63,482 nt of DNA, filler included, from Craspedostauros australis (GCA_030167865.1; 15 parts of 15 records of this genome joined end to end with filler, not necessarily neighbours in it); one strand, 5' to 3'. Counted from the whole stretch's first letter, positions 22,179 through 34,995 are shown. Translations and numbers: made by a program. The notes: generated from the letters alone by a model not told the origin.

Positions 22179-24364
22179 CTCCGCGATTCTACGGTATTAT
22201 ATGTATGATATGCAATAACTATATGCGCGTTGGTCTATGAGTGTACTTCTCGACTCTACGATGCTCTTCGAGCCATGTACTCTGCAATATAATGCGTATG
22301 CAGGCTATGTATCCGCGAGTTTGGTATCGTCAACACGATCTCTCGATTGCAGTCTCCACTTGATGTCTGTTGCTGGTTTGTGCGCAATTGGGTCGCAAGG
22401 AAGTGAGCGGCGCGCAAATCATCCACACCGTTTCGTCTCGTCGGTGGGATGTGGTGGCCGTTGCTTCTCCTGGCCAACGATGCAACCTGTGTACTCGTGC
22501 GCACACAGAGACAGACAGAGAGAAGGATGGAGCAAGAGAGGTCGCGAGAAGTACAAGGGGTTTATTGTCACGCAAAGCAACATCGTCGTAGCTCAGCCAT
22601 GACCTTACCAACATGACACTGGGATTCTTCATCCCGTCCGCGAACCCAATTACCGCACCTGCGCATGTGATCGTGTATCCAGGGACAAGGCATCAAAGAT
22701 CTATCGGACATTGCGGGGAGGAGGCATTCCGCCTCTCTCCCTGTCCGAGCTTTACAACCGGTCGATGCCATGCGCTGTATTGGCCGTGTGCGCTTCGCTT
22801 CTCAATCCAGGAGGATTCGGCCCGGCCCCGCGCGAGCCCTTCAACCCGGCGTTTGGCATGTATGACTAATACGACTATATAAAAGCAATCACGTCAATGA
22901 CGCGAACACTTTCTCAAATGTGATACAGCTAAGGTACTGTCGTTCTTCGTGACCAGTTGCTAAATACGCCATGTGCTTCTTTGGAGATCGGTAACAGCAC
23001 AACAAATATCACAATCGTAGAGAGGCCGCACTATCAAAATACGGCATTGAAGAGTGCGACAAAAGATATCCTCACCAAAGAACACGAAAAAACCAACACT
23101 TGGAATGGAAGGCGAAACAGTTCACAGAAAACCGAACATGAAAAACGGAAGAACATCATCGGGAACGAAACGGGCAACCGCATCAACATCCGCAAAGGAA
23201 CACACAAACAGACACAGCAACGAGGACATCACACCAATGCCAATGCCAATGCCACGACAAACATGTATCGATACGTGCCGAACACCAAGAAGGGGAGGTG
23301 CTCCTTCTCCGCGCGGCCATAATTTCAGGTGTCCTCGATCCGATCGCCATCAGCAACACCCCAACGAATTATCATCCGAGCATTGTCGATTCCATCAACT
23401 CGGCACTTGCGCACTGGTGGCCAGGATCTGCTTGTCGCAACAGATACGTCCGTGACTTTCTCTGGGCTCTGGATGCAAGATGCATGCTCCAGCATGCAAT
23501 CTCTTGTCGTCCTGCGCCAGATGGTGCTTCCAGCCCGTGAATGATCAGACATGGTGTAAGTGGGTGAAAAAGCGCCATTCCGCATTCTGTATGCTTGCAA
23601 ACCCTTTCGTATTTATTACGCGGCACCATCGTACCTTGAAGATAGATGGAAGGGTGGACGTATGTGTGGAATGGCAGCACCTTGCTCCGTGTTGTTGCAG
23701 CGACCCTCCGAAGCGCACCGTGTTGGTGGGTTGGTTGCGGATCTGATTCGCGAAAGCCATCTGGAAGTGAATTTGTCTTCTGCGTGTGCTCTATTGAGTG
23801 CAGAACACGCGTGGGCGTGGTGGATGTTGTGTTGGTGCGGTCGTTCCACACCATTGCAAGATCGGATCTGCCTTGCGTGTCCGCGTTCAGGTATTCTTCC
23901 GCTTTGGAAGCTCGCCGTTTGTCGATTTGTTGCCAGGACAGGGATGTCTTGTGTCTCGACTGCCATAGTAAATACTTCTGTCATCGCTGTGTCATCGTCA
24001 TGCGTCGAGTCTTTTCCAACAACGGTCACAACCTGGAAGTCTTGCGGTCTGGTGTTGGAGCGACAACCAACTCGTTCCTTGTATCATCGTCGTCGGCGAC
24101 ACTTTGTCAAGCGAAGGCAACAAAGGCGAACTGCGACGAAAAGCATTCGAGGAGGCCGAAGAGAAGCGGGGGCAAGATCCAGATTCCTGCTTCGGCCAGG
24201 AACACCCAACATTTTGTCCGATTTCCACTTTTCTAGCTCGTGATCTAATTTACCGGGACTTAATACACTGCGTTGAGACAGAATAGTGGATCGCCTGAAA
24301 TCCTGAAAATCGTAGATAGGGTTACGCTATTGCTATTCAATTGTCGTTGGTCCAGGCACGAGAG

Positions 24365-24535
24365 AGACCGGACAAAACCGGAGAAACTAGGTCAGACCGG
24401 ACAGACCGGACAAAACGACCGGACAGACCGGACAAAATGACCGGACAAACCGGACAAACCGGACAGACCGGACAAAACGACCGGACAGACCGGACAGACC
24501 GGACAAACCGGACAAACCGGACAGACCGGACAAAA
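24365..24535. repeat. Tandem array of ACCGGACA(A/G) ~9-mers
   Basis: More than 15 imperfect copies, directly visible. Confidence 0.9.
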
Positions 24536-24786
24536 CTCAATAATTTATCGAACTAGTTAACGGACGGTTAATCGAATATAACGGACATTTGGATCGTGAA
24601 GAAACAGACAAAACTACTTCGCACGGAGTGACGCAAGCCAACCCAAACCACAAGAACAGATNNNNNNNNNNNNNNNNNNNNNNNNNNNNNNNNNNNNNNN
24701 NNNNNNNNNNNNNNNNNNNNNNNNNNNNNNNNNNNNNNNNNNNNNNNNNNNNNNNNNNNNNNNNNNNNNNNNNNNNNNNNNNNNNN

Positions 24787-24984
24787 AAGAGTTCTGCTCC
24801 ATCATCCTGATGGTATTGCACAATGACACAAATGGCTTCAAACACATGCTTCTGCTTTTCTGTGCCATGCAAAAAGTGATCTCCAGCACGCTGAAGAACC
24901 CCAGTCTCTCATTGAAGGTCTCATGATGCAACCGTGCTCTGCTCTTGAAGTTTTCAAGTTCTGGCCCATCGAGCTCATTTGGTG
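24787..24984 (-). pseudogene. PIF/Harbinger-like (DDE_Tnp_4) transposase C-terminus, frameshifted
   Basis: PNELDGPELENFKSRARLHHETFNERLGFFSVL/HGTEKQKHVFEAICVIVQYHQDDGAEL; homologous to 44502-44705. Confidence 0.75.
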
Positions 24985-25402
24985 NNNNNNNNNNNNNNNN
25001 NNNNNNNNNNNNNNNNNNNNNNNNNNNNTTAATTAATTAANNNNNNNNNNNNNNNNNNNNNNNNNNNNNNNNNNNNNNNNNNNNGCATTTCGCTGGTTCG
25101 TCACCAGCTTCATCCATTATCACCGGAGGGTTCTCTCACGATCCTTTTTGTACTTCGTGGTAATGGAACATTCCCGCTCCTCGGTTCTTTGTTCGTCATT
25201 ACTTGAGGGCTGTATTCGCTTGTACCTGATGGTGGTCACGAATGCATCATTGCAGCCCCGTGTGACATGCAACTGTGTATTGGATGATTGCATTACCCTT
25301 CACAGTCATCATCATCCGATCNACACTTGTCATTCGCCACTTGTCTCATGGTACCATTCGCCCTGTCATGTACCTCACATTTTGGTGTTCACAATGTCAT
25401 TG

Positions 25403-25496
25403 TGGGAGGTGCGGTAATACGGTGTTTCATGGCACTTGTCTTCTCACTCTTGGGAGGTGCGGCAATCATGCGTTTCATAACACCCGATTCCTGACA
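25403..25496 (+). repeat. Two ~48-bp direct repeat units (TGGGAGGTGCGGYAAT...) shared with 28947-29096
   Basis: Cores at 25403 and 25451; ends in CACCCGATTCCTGACA, as does the 29081 copy. Confidence 0.75.
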
Positions 25497-26230
25497 GACT
25501 CCTCGATGTCAAACAGTCGACTCTGCTCTATTCTGGACTGCTCTTGTGTGCTAAGGCTAACCAAGGGATCATTGCTCTCCCAAGCAGGATGGACGCAACG
25601 ATACACATGCATCCAAGTTGCTGTTGCCAAGACGGTTGCTGGTGTACGGAATTCTGGAGTAGAACTAAAACGCTATTGCAGAAGCAATCAACCACAAACA
25701 ACTACAATGCAATGCGATGAACGAAGTCGCAATGGATGATATCAGGATATAGGGAACTGATCATAGCATGTGAAGAACACATCGGTTGGCACCACAATGT
25801 TTTGTGATCATTTCCACCGCGTGTTAACACGCGCTGGGGCACACAGAAATTCGCCACGATACATCGCGGTGATTGGCATTCGTGAATGGGATCAACGAGT
25901 GCCTGCTCCAAAGAAACAAACAGATCTCGACTACTACCCAACCAATCGCCACCATAGTTGGAGTGTGTGATTACAAGCCACACTTGAGAGTGCTCACCAA
26001 AGGAGAGCCCAAACAAACGGAGCGGCATGGACTTGCCGAGGAGGTTTGTGTCAAAAATGATGGTTTTGGGGCTGGTTTGCGTGGGACTGACGTACAAAAT
26101 GTACCAGCGTCTACGTCAAAATTGACTCATGCGACTAGTTACCAATAATTACCAATGGTTACCAAAAAAATTGGCCTCCACTCAAGCCACGAGACACTGG
26201 TTGTGGAGTGTTTTTTGAGTTTTGCGGGCA

Positions 26231-26571
26231 ATGACTCGTGTTAAAGTAGACTAAAATAGAGCACATCAAAAACCATCCAAACAACTGCGTATCATGCTAT
26301 ATCTCAACAACACACCATTTAAAATTAAAAATAGACAGTTCATACAGAAGCTTGGCTATCGTTTATTCTGAATATCGAAGTTAAATTTGTATGAACTTTA
26401 TTTTTAATGTCGTTTTGGCTTGCTGTCTGTCAGGTGGTGGATGCTAAAATTCTCGATGGCACCATGCTGCCCTACCTTCAGCACCCATGATCATCATTAT
26501 CATCCCTGGCATTTTCACAATCTGCGCACCACATTGGCTCCGGATACCCCCCATCTATCCACTCCATGAAG
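26231..26571. repeat. Dispersed ~340-bp repeat; inverted copy at 48854-49196
   Basis: Long matches such as AAAGTAGACTAAAATAGAGCAC and TGAATATCGAAGTTAAATTTGTATGAACTTTATTTTTAATGTCGTTTTGGCTTGCTGTCTGTCAGGTGGTGG occur as reverse complement in the other contig. Confidence 0.85.
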
Positions 26572-27149
26572 ATCCTGCGCAGATAGCCGCATCTCATACT
26601 CCAAAGTCTCCCTGCACTGAAAAGCAGAAATGTTGAAAATGCTTTCGATGCGGATGCCATTCGTATTTGGATCCGTATCTCGTCAATACGATCCTTGCAG
26701 CTCCTCCACATGCCCCTCATGCGTTCCCACATTCGCTGGTGACACACTGATGTGTTCAGAATGGGCGGGGCGTTCATGCCTCCAAAGGTACATCTCCATG
26801 TGATGATGCCATCATGAAGTTTTTGCGACACCCCAAAAAACCCTTTCGTGTGCATCCCAGCTTGCAGCCTCTTCCAGACCATGTCCGCGCAGGATACTTC
26901 GCCATGGCCATCTTGAGTTGATTCTGGACACATCTTGTATGGGTGGCTTGGCGATTTGGGTGACTTGCCAGTGACACCCATCACCACCCAAGTCATGTGA
27001 TGTGTTTGCTGCCACCCACCAAAAAACTCTTGGCCCCCACTTGTTTCTTGCCCTCTGTTGGAAATCCAGGGTACCCCAGTTTCTAGTAGTAGTCTCTGGA
27101 TACCTATTCATGTTATTGCATTGTTGGAACTGTGAGTACAACATCTTCA

Positions 27150-27800
27150 TCTCTTTCAATTCCATTTGCCAAAGCATACATGATCCACAGTAGCACACAG
27201 TCTTGCCCTTGCTCATGCAGTGCTGTCCTCCTGCTTCATCATGTCATTCAGCCTGTACTCCACGTACATCTCATCTTGCAGTATTGGTTCATCTCTGCTA
27301 TCTTGTTATGGTACACAGCAAAATCACACGAGTCCTTCAAGAGAGATCAAGTCTTTCAGGACGATGGTGATGAGCTGGTGAAGTGAAGACACTGATTGGG
27401 TTGAGTGATTTCTGGTTCTATGTTATCTTCATTGAGCTGTATCTCATGTTGCTGTCTTCAAGGACAGCTTTCCGTCATTGCACCTTTGCAATCTTGTTCT
27501 GATGTGGAGATGACCCATGATGTGGCGATGATGTCTCCTGTGCCGACGTCACTCATCACCATTCCATGGCTCTGTCGATTCCACATTCCATTGATGATGC
27601 TTGAGGTCGTCGAGGGTGGTGTCACTTCAGGTTTAGTTGGGAAGTATATCAGGTCGAATTGGACATCACATGTTTGCCGGGTGGTGGCCAGACCGAATCT
27701 CTGATGCTCCCTAGTGTGTCCCTTATGCCGAAAACATTTGCCTGAGGAAAGCATCGTTTCAGCACATACCAGGACGGACTAATCAGAAAACGAATCAGGT
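27150..27800 (-). mobile_element. Highly degraded copia-like pol remnant (integrase end / RT start)
   Basis: TRQTCDVQFDLIYFP resembles the copia integrase tail RDVxFxExxFP, and DEMYVE resembles EEIYM. A diverged copy of 27500-27648 is at about 28535-28677. Many stops. Confidence 0.35.
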
Positions 27801-28946
27801 GAATAAGCATTGTGCTAACAATCTCATCATGCATCTCTGTTGGAAATCCGGGGTGATAGTTAGTACTAAATTCTAATCTGCTGTTAGAAACTGTACCGTT
27901 TTAGAACTGTGTGCACAATCTCACTTTCTCTTCCGATTTCGTTTTCTTGGCAGGCATCTGTCGCGGTAACGACACGGGGCGTCCTGTTGTCTCTTAGGTG
28001 CTTCCCCCCTTCATTCATCATGCTCTGTTCTTGCTTCCTTGTCTCCGCACTGTCGTAGCTGTCTACGTTTGCATGGTAGGGATCTGCAGTCCTGAGCACT
28101 TGCCTGTCTCATGTTTCCATCGTTGATCTCATGACACTGTCTCTTGGCAAGTTCCGCTCACGGTAACCTACGATCGTGGAAGATGGTGTTGGTTGATAGT
28201 CGTTCGTTTGCTATTTCATTAGTTGGCTACTCCGATCCTCTCGGTGTACGCCGTTCTCTCGCCTGATGCTCTTGGTGCTTCAATCTGTTTCGTAGATTCG
28301 GTCTCCGACTATGAGTCGGTACGCGAGATGCTCTCTCGCTCTTCTCTCTTTACTCTCTCTCTTCTCAGCATCGTGTATTTGCACTACACGATACTCCGTG
28401 TTCGATGCGTACTCCACATTCGACACTTCGTTCATTCAGTACTGGCTCCTACTCCATGAGTACTCGCCATTTGAAGTTCACCTTCAGTATCCATGATCTT
28501 CATGGGTCATCGGATCTTCGCCTCCTGCTCTGACTTGGAGACAGATGTCGACGTGGTGACATGATGACATCCTGTCGACGTCAGTAGGTGTCCTTCTGCT
28601 CTCCAGATGTCATGTTCCATTGGTGATGCAGCAGTCTGTCAGATGATATCGTCATCTGAGGTTTAGTTGGGAAGTACCTNNNNNNNNNNNNNNNNNNNNN
28701 NNNNNNNNNNNNNNNNNNNNNNNNNNNNNNNNNNNNNNNNNNNNNTTGCAAATTTCCTCCAGAAATCTTGCCCCTTTTCGTGTGTTCCGTTTCCCCTGTA
28801 ATTCTGACGAATCACAGCATACTATCGACACGAATGTAGTTATACCGTCCAAGTACGAATGAGAGAATAACGGGTGAACGATGCACATATACACGTACAT
28901 CTCGACATATACTCATATGTACATCTCGACATACAATGGTCAAAGG

Positions 28947-29096
28947 TGGGAGTTGCGGTAATGTAGCATTTCATGACATTCGACTCCTGACTCTTGACTT
29001 ATTGGGAGGTGCGGTAATGTAGCATTCCACGATGTTCAACTCCACATTCTTGGGACGTGCGGCAATTCGGTGTTTCACAACACCCGATTCCTGACA
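28947..29096 (+). repeat. Three direct repeat units (TGGGA[G/C][G/T]TGCGGYAAT core)
   Basis: Cores at 28947, 29003 and 29051. Confidence 0.75.
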
Positions 29097-30993
29097 AGCA
29101 CTGTCGATCGCAACATCAAGAAATTCCAACAGAACAGGCTGGAACGGAAGAAGCGCAGCGACGCGGGGAGCACCATCTTCACCTGCTCCAAGAAGCAACA
29201 GCAATCCTTCACGCCGCGTGCCATCTTCGTGAAACAACTGCGGCTTAAACATCCACAACAACGGTTGACGACTGAGGACAGCTCTTATGCCTTTGACCAT
29301 GCTTCGCCTGAAGAGCTGGCATCCGCAAAAGTGCTGGCTGATTTGTGGTTGGAGCGTGGTCCCTTCCTGCAATTTGAGCTCCAGGATGTGTTGCAACGAT
29401 GCAATGGCACAATCTTGTGGGACGATGTTGCACGCAAACTAGCAGGAAGGGGCAATGTCCAATGTGTCTGCAAAGACACCATTCGACCATACATGATGGG
29501 ATTGGAGGGCAGCGAATACCGTTCTACAACAATGCTCCCCAAGATCAAGGGCGTCATCAAGGTGAAGCGCGAAATCTGGGCCAAGGACTTCTGTGTGTTC
29601 TGGGAATCAGCTAAGCTGTTCCCGAATACGCAAGTTGGTGTTGTCCACATAGATGAGAAGCGGCTCTACTCTATCGTCGCTTGGAAGCATCTCAAACATG
29701 TGCCCCAGATGGGAGTTAAGCCTATCGAACACCCTGTGCACCACAAGTGCCACATTGAAAAGACCATGGCAATTGCATCAACAGCGTTCGCTCCAACAGA
29801 CAACTGCTTTGAGAACGGAGGAAAGGTATTGGGTCAGCTTCGAACGTGTTGGGCGCATGGCTCGGGCGCAGAAGGCCACGTACGAGCGAACTTGGGTCTC
29901 GCCAACCCAGTACAAGCACCTTCCTGATAAGAACAAAATCTCTCGCAAGAAGGGTGAACTGTACTTTCAACCCCTGGAGATCACAGGCAGCAAGGAAACA
30001 GATGGTCATCGTGATAAGCCCAAGCCGAAATACAGCCTCAAGAATTTCTTCCGCGAAAAAGAAATCCCCGCACTGGATTCGCTTGCCAACAAACTCAGGG
30101 ACAAAACGGGAAAGAACGTGGTGATTCGGTACCAGATGGATGGCGCAGGGCCACACAGAGACACGGAACTACTCAGGTTCATCAACGAGCAGTTCGACAG
30201 TCGCGGATGGCACTTCCGACTGCAACCACCAAATTCTCCCATCACGAATGTGAAAGACGATGCGATATTCCCAGCGATGTCGAAACACGTGTCAGCACAT
30301 CAAGGTAAGCACCACGGGAGTCGCATGTTCACCACCGAGGCGTTGTGGGGTGCTTGTGAAACCTGTTGGGAGCAATTCGAGCTGGACAAGGTGGCGCATG
30401 CGTATGTTCGCCACCATCAGATCGCCTACACAATTTGTGCTGCGGAAGGAGGTGACGAATTTGTGACGGAGTGCAAAGGACTGAGCATGAACGTGCGGAA
30501 ACAAACGTTCACTGAATTTGACGAGGATAGCAACAAGATCGGCGTTACTGTCTCACACGGACTTCGCGTTGGAGAAGGAGGCACCAACACGACCACCAAG
30601 AAACCAGCTGCAACAGGCAAGAAAGACAAATCAGCTGGCTTCAAGTACACCAATCCCGACATCAAAGGTATGTATGATCATTCCCTCAAGGTGATGGCTG
30701 TCAGTGGACTGCAGTGCCTGAAAACGAACTTGCCAACAACCAGCAGCCTCATTCCGTTGCTGGAGAAGCAAATCGTCGCAACCACCAAAGCCAACGAGGA
30801 GGATGAGCAACAGAACAAAGGCAAGAAGAAGAAGACGCCCAGCACGAGCAAAGCCGAGGTCATTGAGCCTCGCAACAGCAATAGCAAAGCCGAAGCAGCA
30901 CCCACCATGAACACATTCGAAGTGGCCATGTTCGCTGGCAAGGACGAGCATCACAGCAAAGCAGGGCAGGATACCAACACAGCAGAGATGTAA
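29097..30993 (+). mobile_element. Tc1/mariner superfamily transposase (DD39D/plant-mariner-like), frameshifted near 29825 and apparently 5'-truncated
   Basis: VHIDEK, QMDGAGPH and QPPNSPITNVKD motifs, split across ORFs 29070-29927 and 29653-30993. Confidence 0.85.
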
Positions 30994-31701
30994 CTGCAAG
31001 TCGAAGTAGTAGTATTATATGTTTTAGACACACCTGTGATTGGAGTGCCTGTGTGCGCATCGTCTGTTTGATGGCATGGAGGATTGTGATGTGTGGTGTG
31101 TGTTTTGTGTTTTGTGATGAGTGATGTGATTTTGTGACGAGGACCGTTATTTTTGTGTCGTGAATGGTGTGCGTTGTGGAGCCATCGCGTTGTGTCGTGC
31201 CGCTCTGGTCGGAAAAATTCCAGCCGAACCACACACAAAAAACGCTCCAAGGCCTCAACTGCGTCGATCGGAGCGCCAGCACAATGGGTGTGTTGCGCAA
31301 ACCAATCGAATGGCAAAGGCTCCTCTTTGTTGGTACCGCACTCGTACGTCTGTACCACATCGTGCCATGCCAGTACTCCACTTACTTTTCATCACACATG
31401 TGCAACCCTCGCGATCTTTGCTGCCATCAAGTCCACGCGTCTGTACTCGTCACTGGTGCACCAACGATGCATCCTCTGATCATTCATCTCTGCTCGTGCC
31501 CTGCCGACGACACTGCCACTAGCACGATCGTCATGTATTGGTGGAGCAGAGTAGAGTAGAGCGCAACGAATACACACCATACAATGCTCGTATGCTATAC
31601 TATGCTATGTTGTGATGTGATGTGCTCGTGCAGCTCCTATAATACGCTACATACGACTATGCATTGTGCCCATTGCACCCACTGCACCTTTCTTGTGTAA
31701 T

Positions 31702-31975
31702 CTATCTATTCCACCACATTTCGGAGGCATCCAAACCCCGAACATTGGTGATCTTCTTGATGCATATCATGTTGTTGCGCTTGGTATCGTACGTGCTGTG
31801 ATGGCTGGGTGACAGCCAGCTGACATCGACCTCGTCAAATCCGCATTCGATGAACCATTCCGTCGTCTGCGCGCTGAGGACAAAGACACNNNNNNNNNNN
31901 NNNNNNNNNNNNNNNCCCCCCCCCCTGCAGACACAGACATTCCAGGTAGCCAAGCATGGCATCACCGAGTCTTCG
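31702..31975 (-). pseudogene. argA: C-terminal fragment of an ArgA-type N-acetylglutamate synthase (GNAT domain)
   Basis: LGDAMLGYLECLC...VFVLSAQTTEWFIECGFDEVDVSWLSPSHHSTYDTKRN...LDASEMWWNR. No upstream kinase domain is visible. Confidence 0.65.
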
Positions 31976-33285
31976 TTTTAGTTCGCACATAACGCTTCCT
32001 CGATGAGCTGGCCTCGAACAAGACAAGTTCAAAGTACTCCGCGAGTTGTACGACAAGAACGCAAGTGCACTCGTATGGATGTCTGGACGGAGTGGTTGAG
32101 ACTGCAGTCAAGTTGTGTAGTTCATCTTTGGATATGCTCCCTTGAAGTCATGGGCAAAGGTACCATATCATACTATACTAGTACATGGAAGTACAAGAAT
32201 GCACAACTGGCAAGGCGCGGCGCAGCACAGGATGCAAACGATTGTTCCACGACCGTATTGTAACGTGTAAAGATGTACTCTTAATTCGTTATCTTGATGA
32301 TGTTTCCGGATCACATCGATATGTGGTGATGCGATGTGATCGAGATATCTTCTCATTGTTGGCCTTTCTGTCCTCCATCTGTTCTTCAGTGTTTGTGTGC
32401 CAGCATGTGTGTGTGTGTGCAGCAAGGAAGTGGAATTCTCCTCATCCGTCATCTCCGCAGAACGACGCCGCTCTTGTTTGGTGACGATGTGCGATGGCTC
32501 TCAGCGTGCTTGAGGAACCTGCCATGCCTTGTTGTGCCTGCGCCTGTGTCTGCAAATTCTGAGATGTGCCGATCGGCGCTCCGGATGTGACGAGATCATC
32601 GTCGGACATTTTCTCGCGTGGATCGTAGAATTCGTCGTCACTGTTGTTGTTGTCAGCCTCCATGCTTATATCCACAAGGATTTTTCGTCGCACAAAAGTC
32701 GAAAAATTGCGTCAGGACGCAACAGTCCGACACAACCTCCAAAACCTTGCGTCCTGACGCAACCCCAAAATTAACGCGTAAATTTTACACGAGACTTGTT
32801 TCTGATTGACCACATCGAATGGTCGCAATCTAAATCGGTTTATTTAGAGAGTTTTCTGTTCAGTCTTTTGCTCGCAATGAGCCGTCCATTGTCGATCCTC
32901 ATGCAGTTTCAAAGGGATGTACTTGTGTTATTCCATCAACAACTGCTAGTATGTTTAGAGTTTACATCTCTGACGTTTCCCTTGGGATTCTTCCTTCCGC
33001 TCCACCTCTCGTTTCATCGCCGCTTCAAAAATGCCTTGTTGATTGCGCAGGGAGCGCCGGGGTGATGCTTTCGCAGCCTCCAGAGTCCTTTCACGCTTCC
33101 GAGATGCCGTCTCTTCGGCTGTTGCTCTCGATCTTGTTGTTATGCCGTGTGGTATCTTCATTGTGCGACGGTTGCTTGCCTTTCGNNNNNNNNNNNNNNN
33201 NNNNNNNNNNNNNNNNNNNNNNNNNNNNNTTAATTAATTAANNNNNNNNNNNNNNNNNNNNNNNNNNNNNNNNNNNNNNNNNNNN

Positions 33286-34995
33286 TGGGTTCAACGCCAT
33301 CCCATGTTGTGGATGCGGTCGTTGTACGAGTAGCTCGGCCATGCAGCTGCCTAGGATGAGGTGGTGCTCGAGGTCAGCCATTCTCTGAATTCCTCGTAGT
33401 TCGAAGATGTCGGGAAGGATGGCACCGTTTGCTAGGATGTGTTCGATGGAGAACAATCCTGCCGCTGTGAAGAGCGAGACCATGTTGCTCATCCAGGCGC
33501 TCTGGTTCCCTGGGTCGTCTGGGAAGAGGTGCATTGCCGCGGCGATTGCTGCGTTTGCGATGTGTTGTCGCTGCATAGTCCTGGCGGTTGGACTCGGATC
33601 CGGGAGGATCTGGTGTCGGCCGGTCCGTCCTTGCTCGAAGTACGGCGCAAGGGATCCGAGGATCACCTGCGTTGGGTATTGGACCCTCTCGTTAGGGTCG
33701 AAAGTGGCATCGTTGTTGCTGTGGTTGTCGTTGTCTGATGCCAAATCCTCGTCTGGTTCGATGTTGCTCTGCGAGCCATCCACATCGCAGTTGGATGCAC
33801 TCGATTCCGAACCGCTGTCGGTCTCATCGAAGATGCCTCGTCTTCTGTTGGGACGATGGTCAGTCGCTGCGCGACTGTCGCTCTCATTGGTGTCACCGCC
33901 CATTTCTTCTTCATCTGAATCGTCTTGAGCATTCATGCAGAACTCGAAGTTGAAGTCGAAGTCGAGGCCTCGGCTGGGATCCACCTCGTGGATGATTGGT
34001 TCGTGCAGCCACTCAGGGGTGGAGCTGTCGTCGTGGACTTCTTCGGGTTCGCTGGAGTAGGTGAAGGAGTCAAAGAAGGAGTCGTCGATCTCCCCTGTTC
34101 CCTCCACACAGTATGGTTCGTCGATCATCGTAAAGACGATGTCGTTCGAGTCTTCGTCGCTCGAGTCGCGAGTCGTGTTTGCATTTTCTTGTTCTTTCTT
34201 CATGCGCTCGTCATATTTCTTCTTTCTGCATTCTGACTCTCGATGATAGGCAATCCCACAGTAGTGACAGTTGCCCTTGAAGCCACGGCCCTTGCCTCTG
34301 CCTCCGTTACGGCCTCTGCCACCGTTTCGGCCTCTGCCTCCGGTGTTGCCTTTCTGTCCGCCACTGTGGCCCTTGGCGTTGTTGTCTTGTTTCTTGTTGG
34401 GACAGTTGTTGGCGGTGTGACCCTGTGCGCCACAGTTGTAGCAGTTGCCTCTGAAGCCGCCTGTGGTTGTCAGGCCGGTATCATCTTGGTTGGACTCCTC
34501 GCTCGCGAAGTCATCCACATAAGCCTTGCCTCCAGTTTTGCGGGAGTAGGTCAGGTTGAACAGGGACCGGATGGTTTCGATGGTCACCTTGGTTGGGTCG
34601 AGGCGAAGCTGTTGTTCGATGGTTCGCACATCTGGACGGTACTCACCGCTCACGGTGTTCAGCACCTGCATGATCAGTTCGTCATCGTCGATGGTGTGAT
34701 TGACTTCTTCAAGTCGGGTTCGAAGTAGCTCCAGTTGCGTGATGTAGTCGTCGGGGTCAGTGTCACGCTTCATCTTCTCAGCATTGAATTGGTACTTCAA
34801 TCGCATCTTGGTCGAAGTGTCGATTGGCTTGAACTTCGCCATCAGCAACTTCCAAGCCTCAGCTGGATTGCCGTCCGGATAGTTGGTGGTGACACACTTC
34901 GTGATCATTTGGAGGGCCTTCTTGCCCGTTCCCTTTGTCGTGTCCATCATCAGCACGAGGTCTCCGAAGCAGTCGCCGGCCAACTCGTGGGTCTT
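33286..34995 (-). mobile_element. Ty1/copia Gag(-pol) fragment with two CCHC zinc knuckles
   Basis: AWKLLMAKF...DPDDYITQLELLR gag core; CYNCGAQGHTANNC and CHYCGIAYHRESEC; the ORF is open through the whole contig. Confidence 0.85.

Noticed and set aside
24365..24535. Array as a CRISPR or a telomere
   Set aside because: There are no unique spacers, and the unit is not telomeric or terminal.
26478..26600. WCADCENARDDND as a TnpB/Fanzor zinc finger plus RuvC-III
   Set aside because: No first CxxC pair or RuvC-I/II motifs upstream, and the second copy has Tyr in place of the second Cys.
28947..29096. CRISPR array
   Set aside because: Only 2-3 short imperfect repeats, the intervening sequences are related to each other, there are no cas genes, and the context is eukaryotic.
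32442..33185. Short acidic and basic minus-strand ORF pieces
   Set aside because: Too short or truncated to assign.
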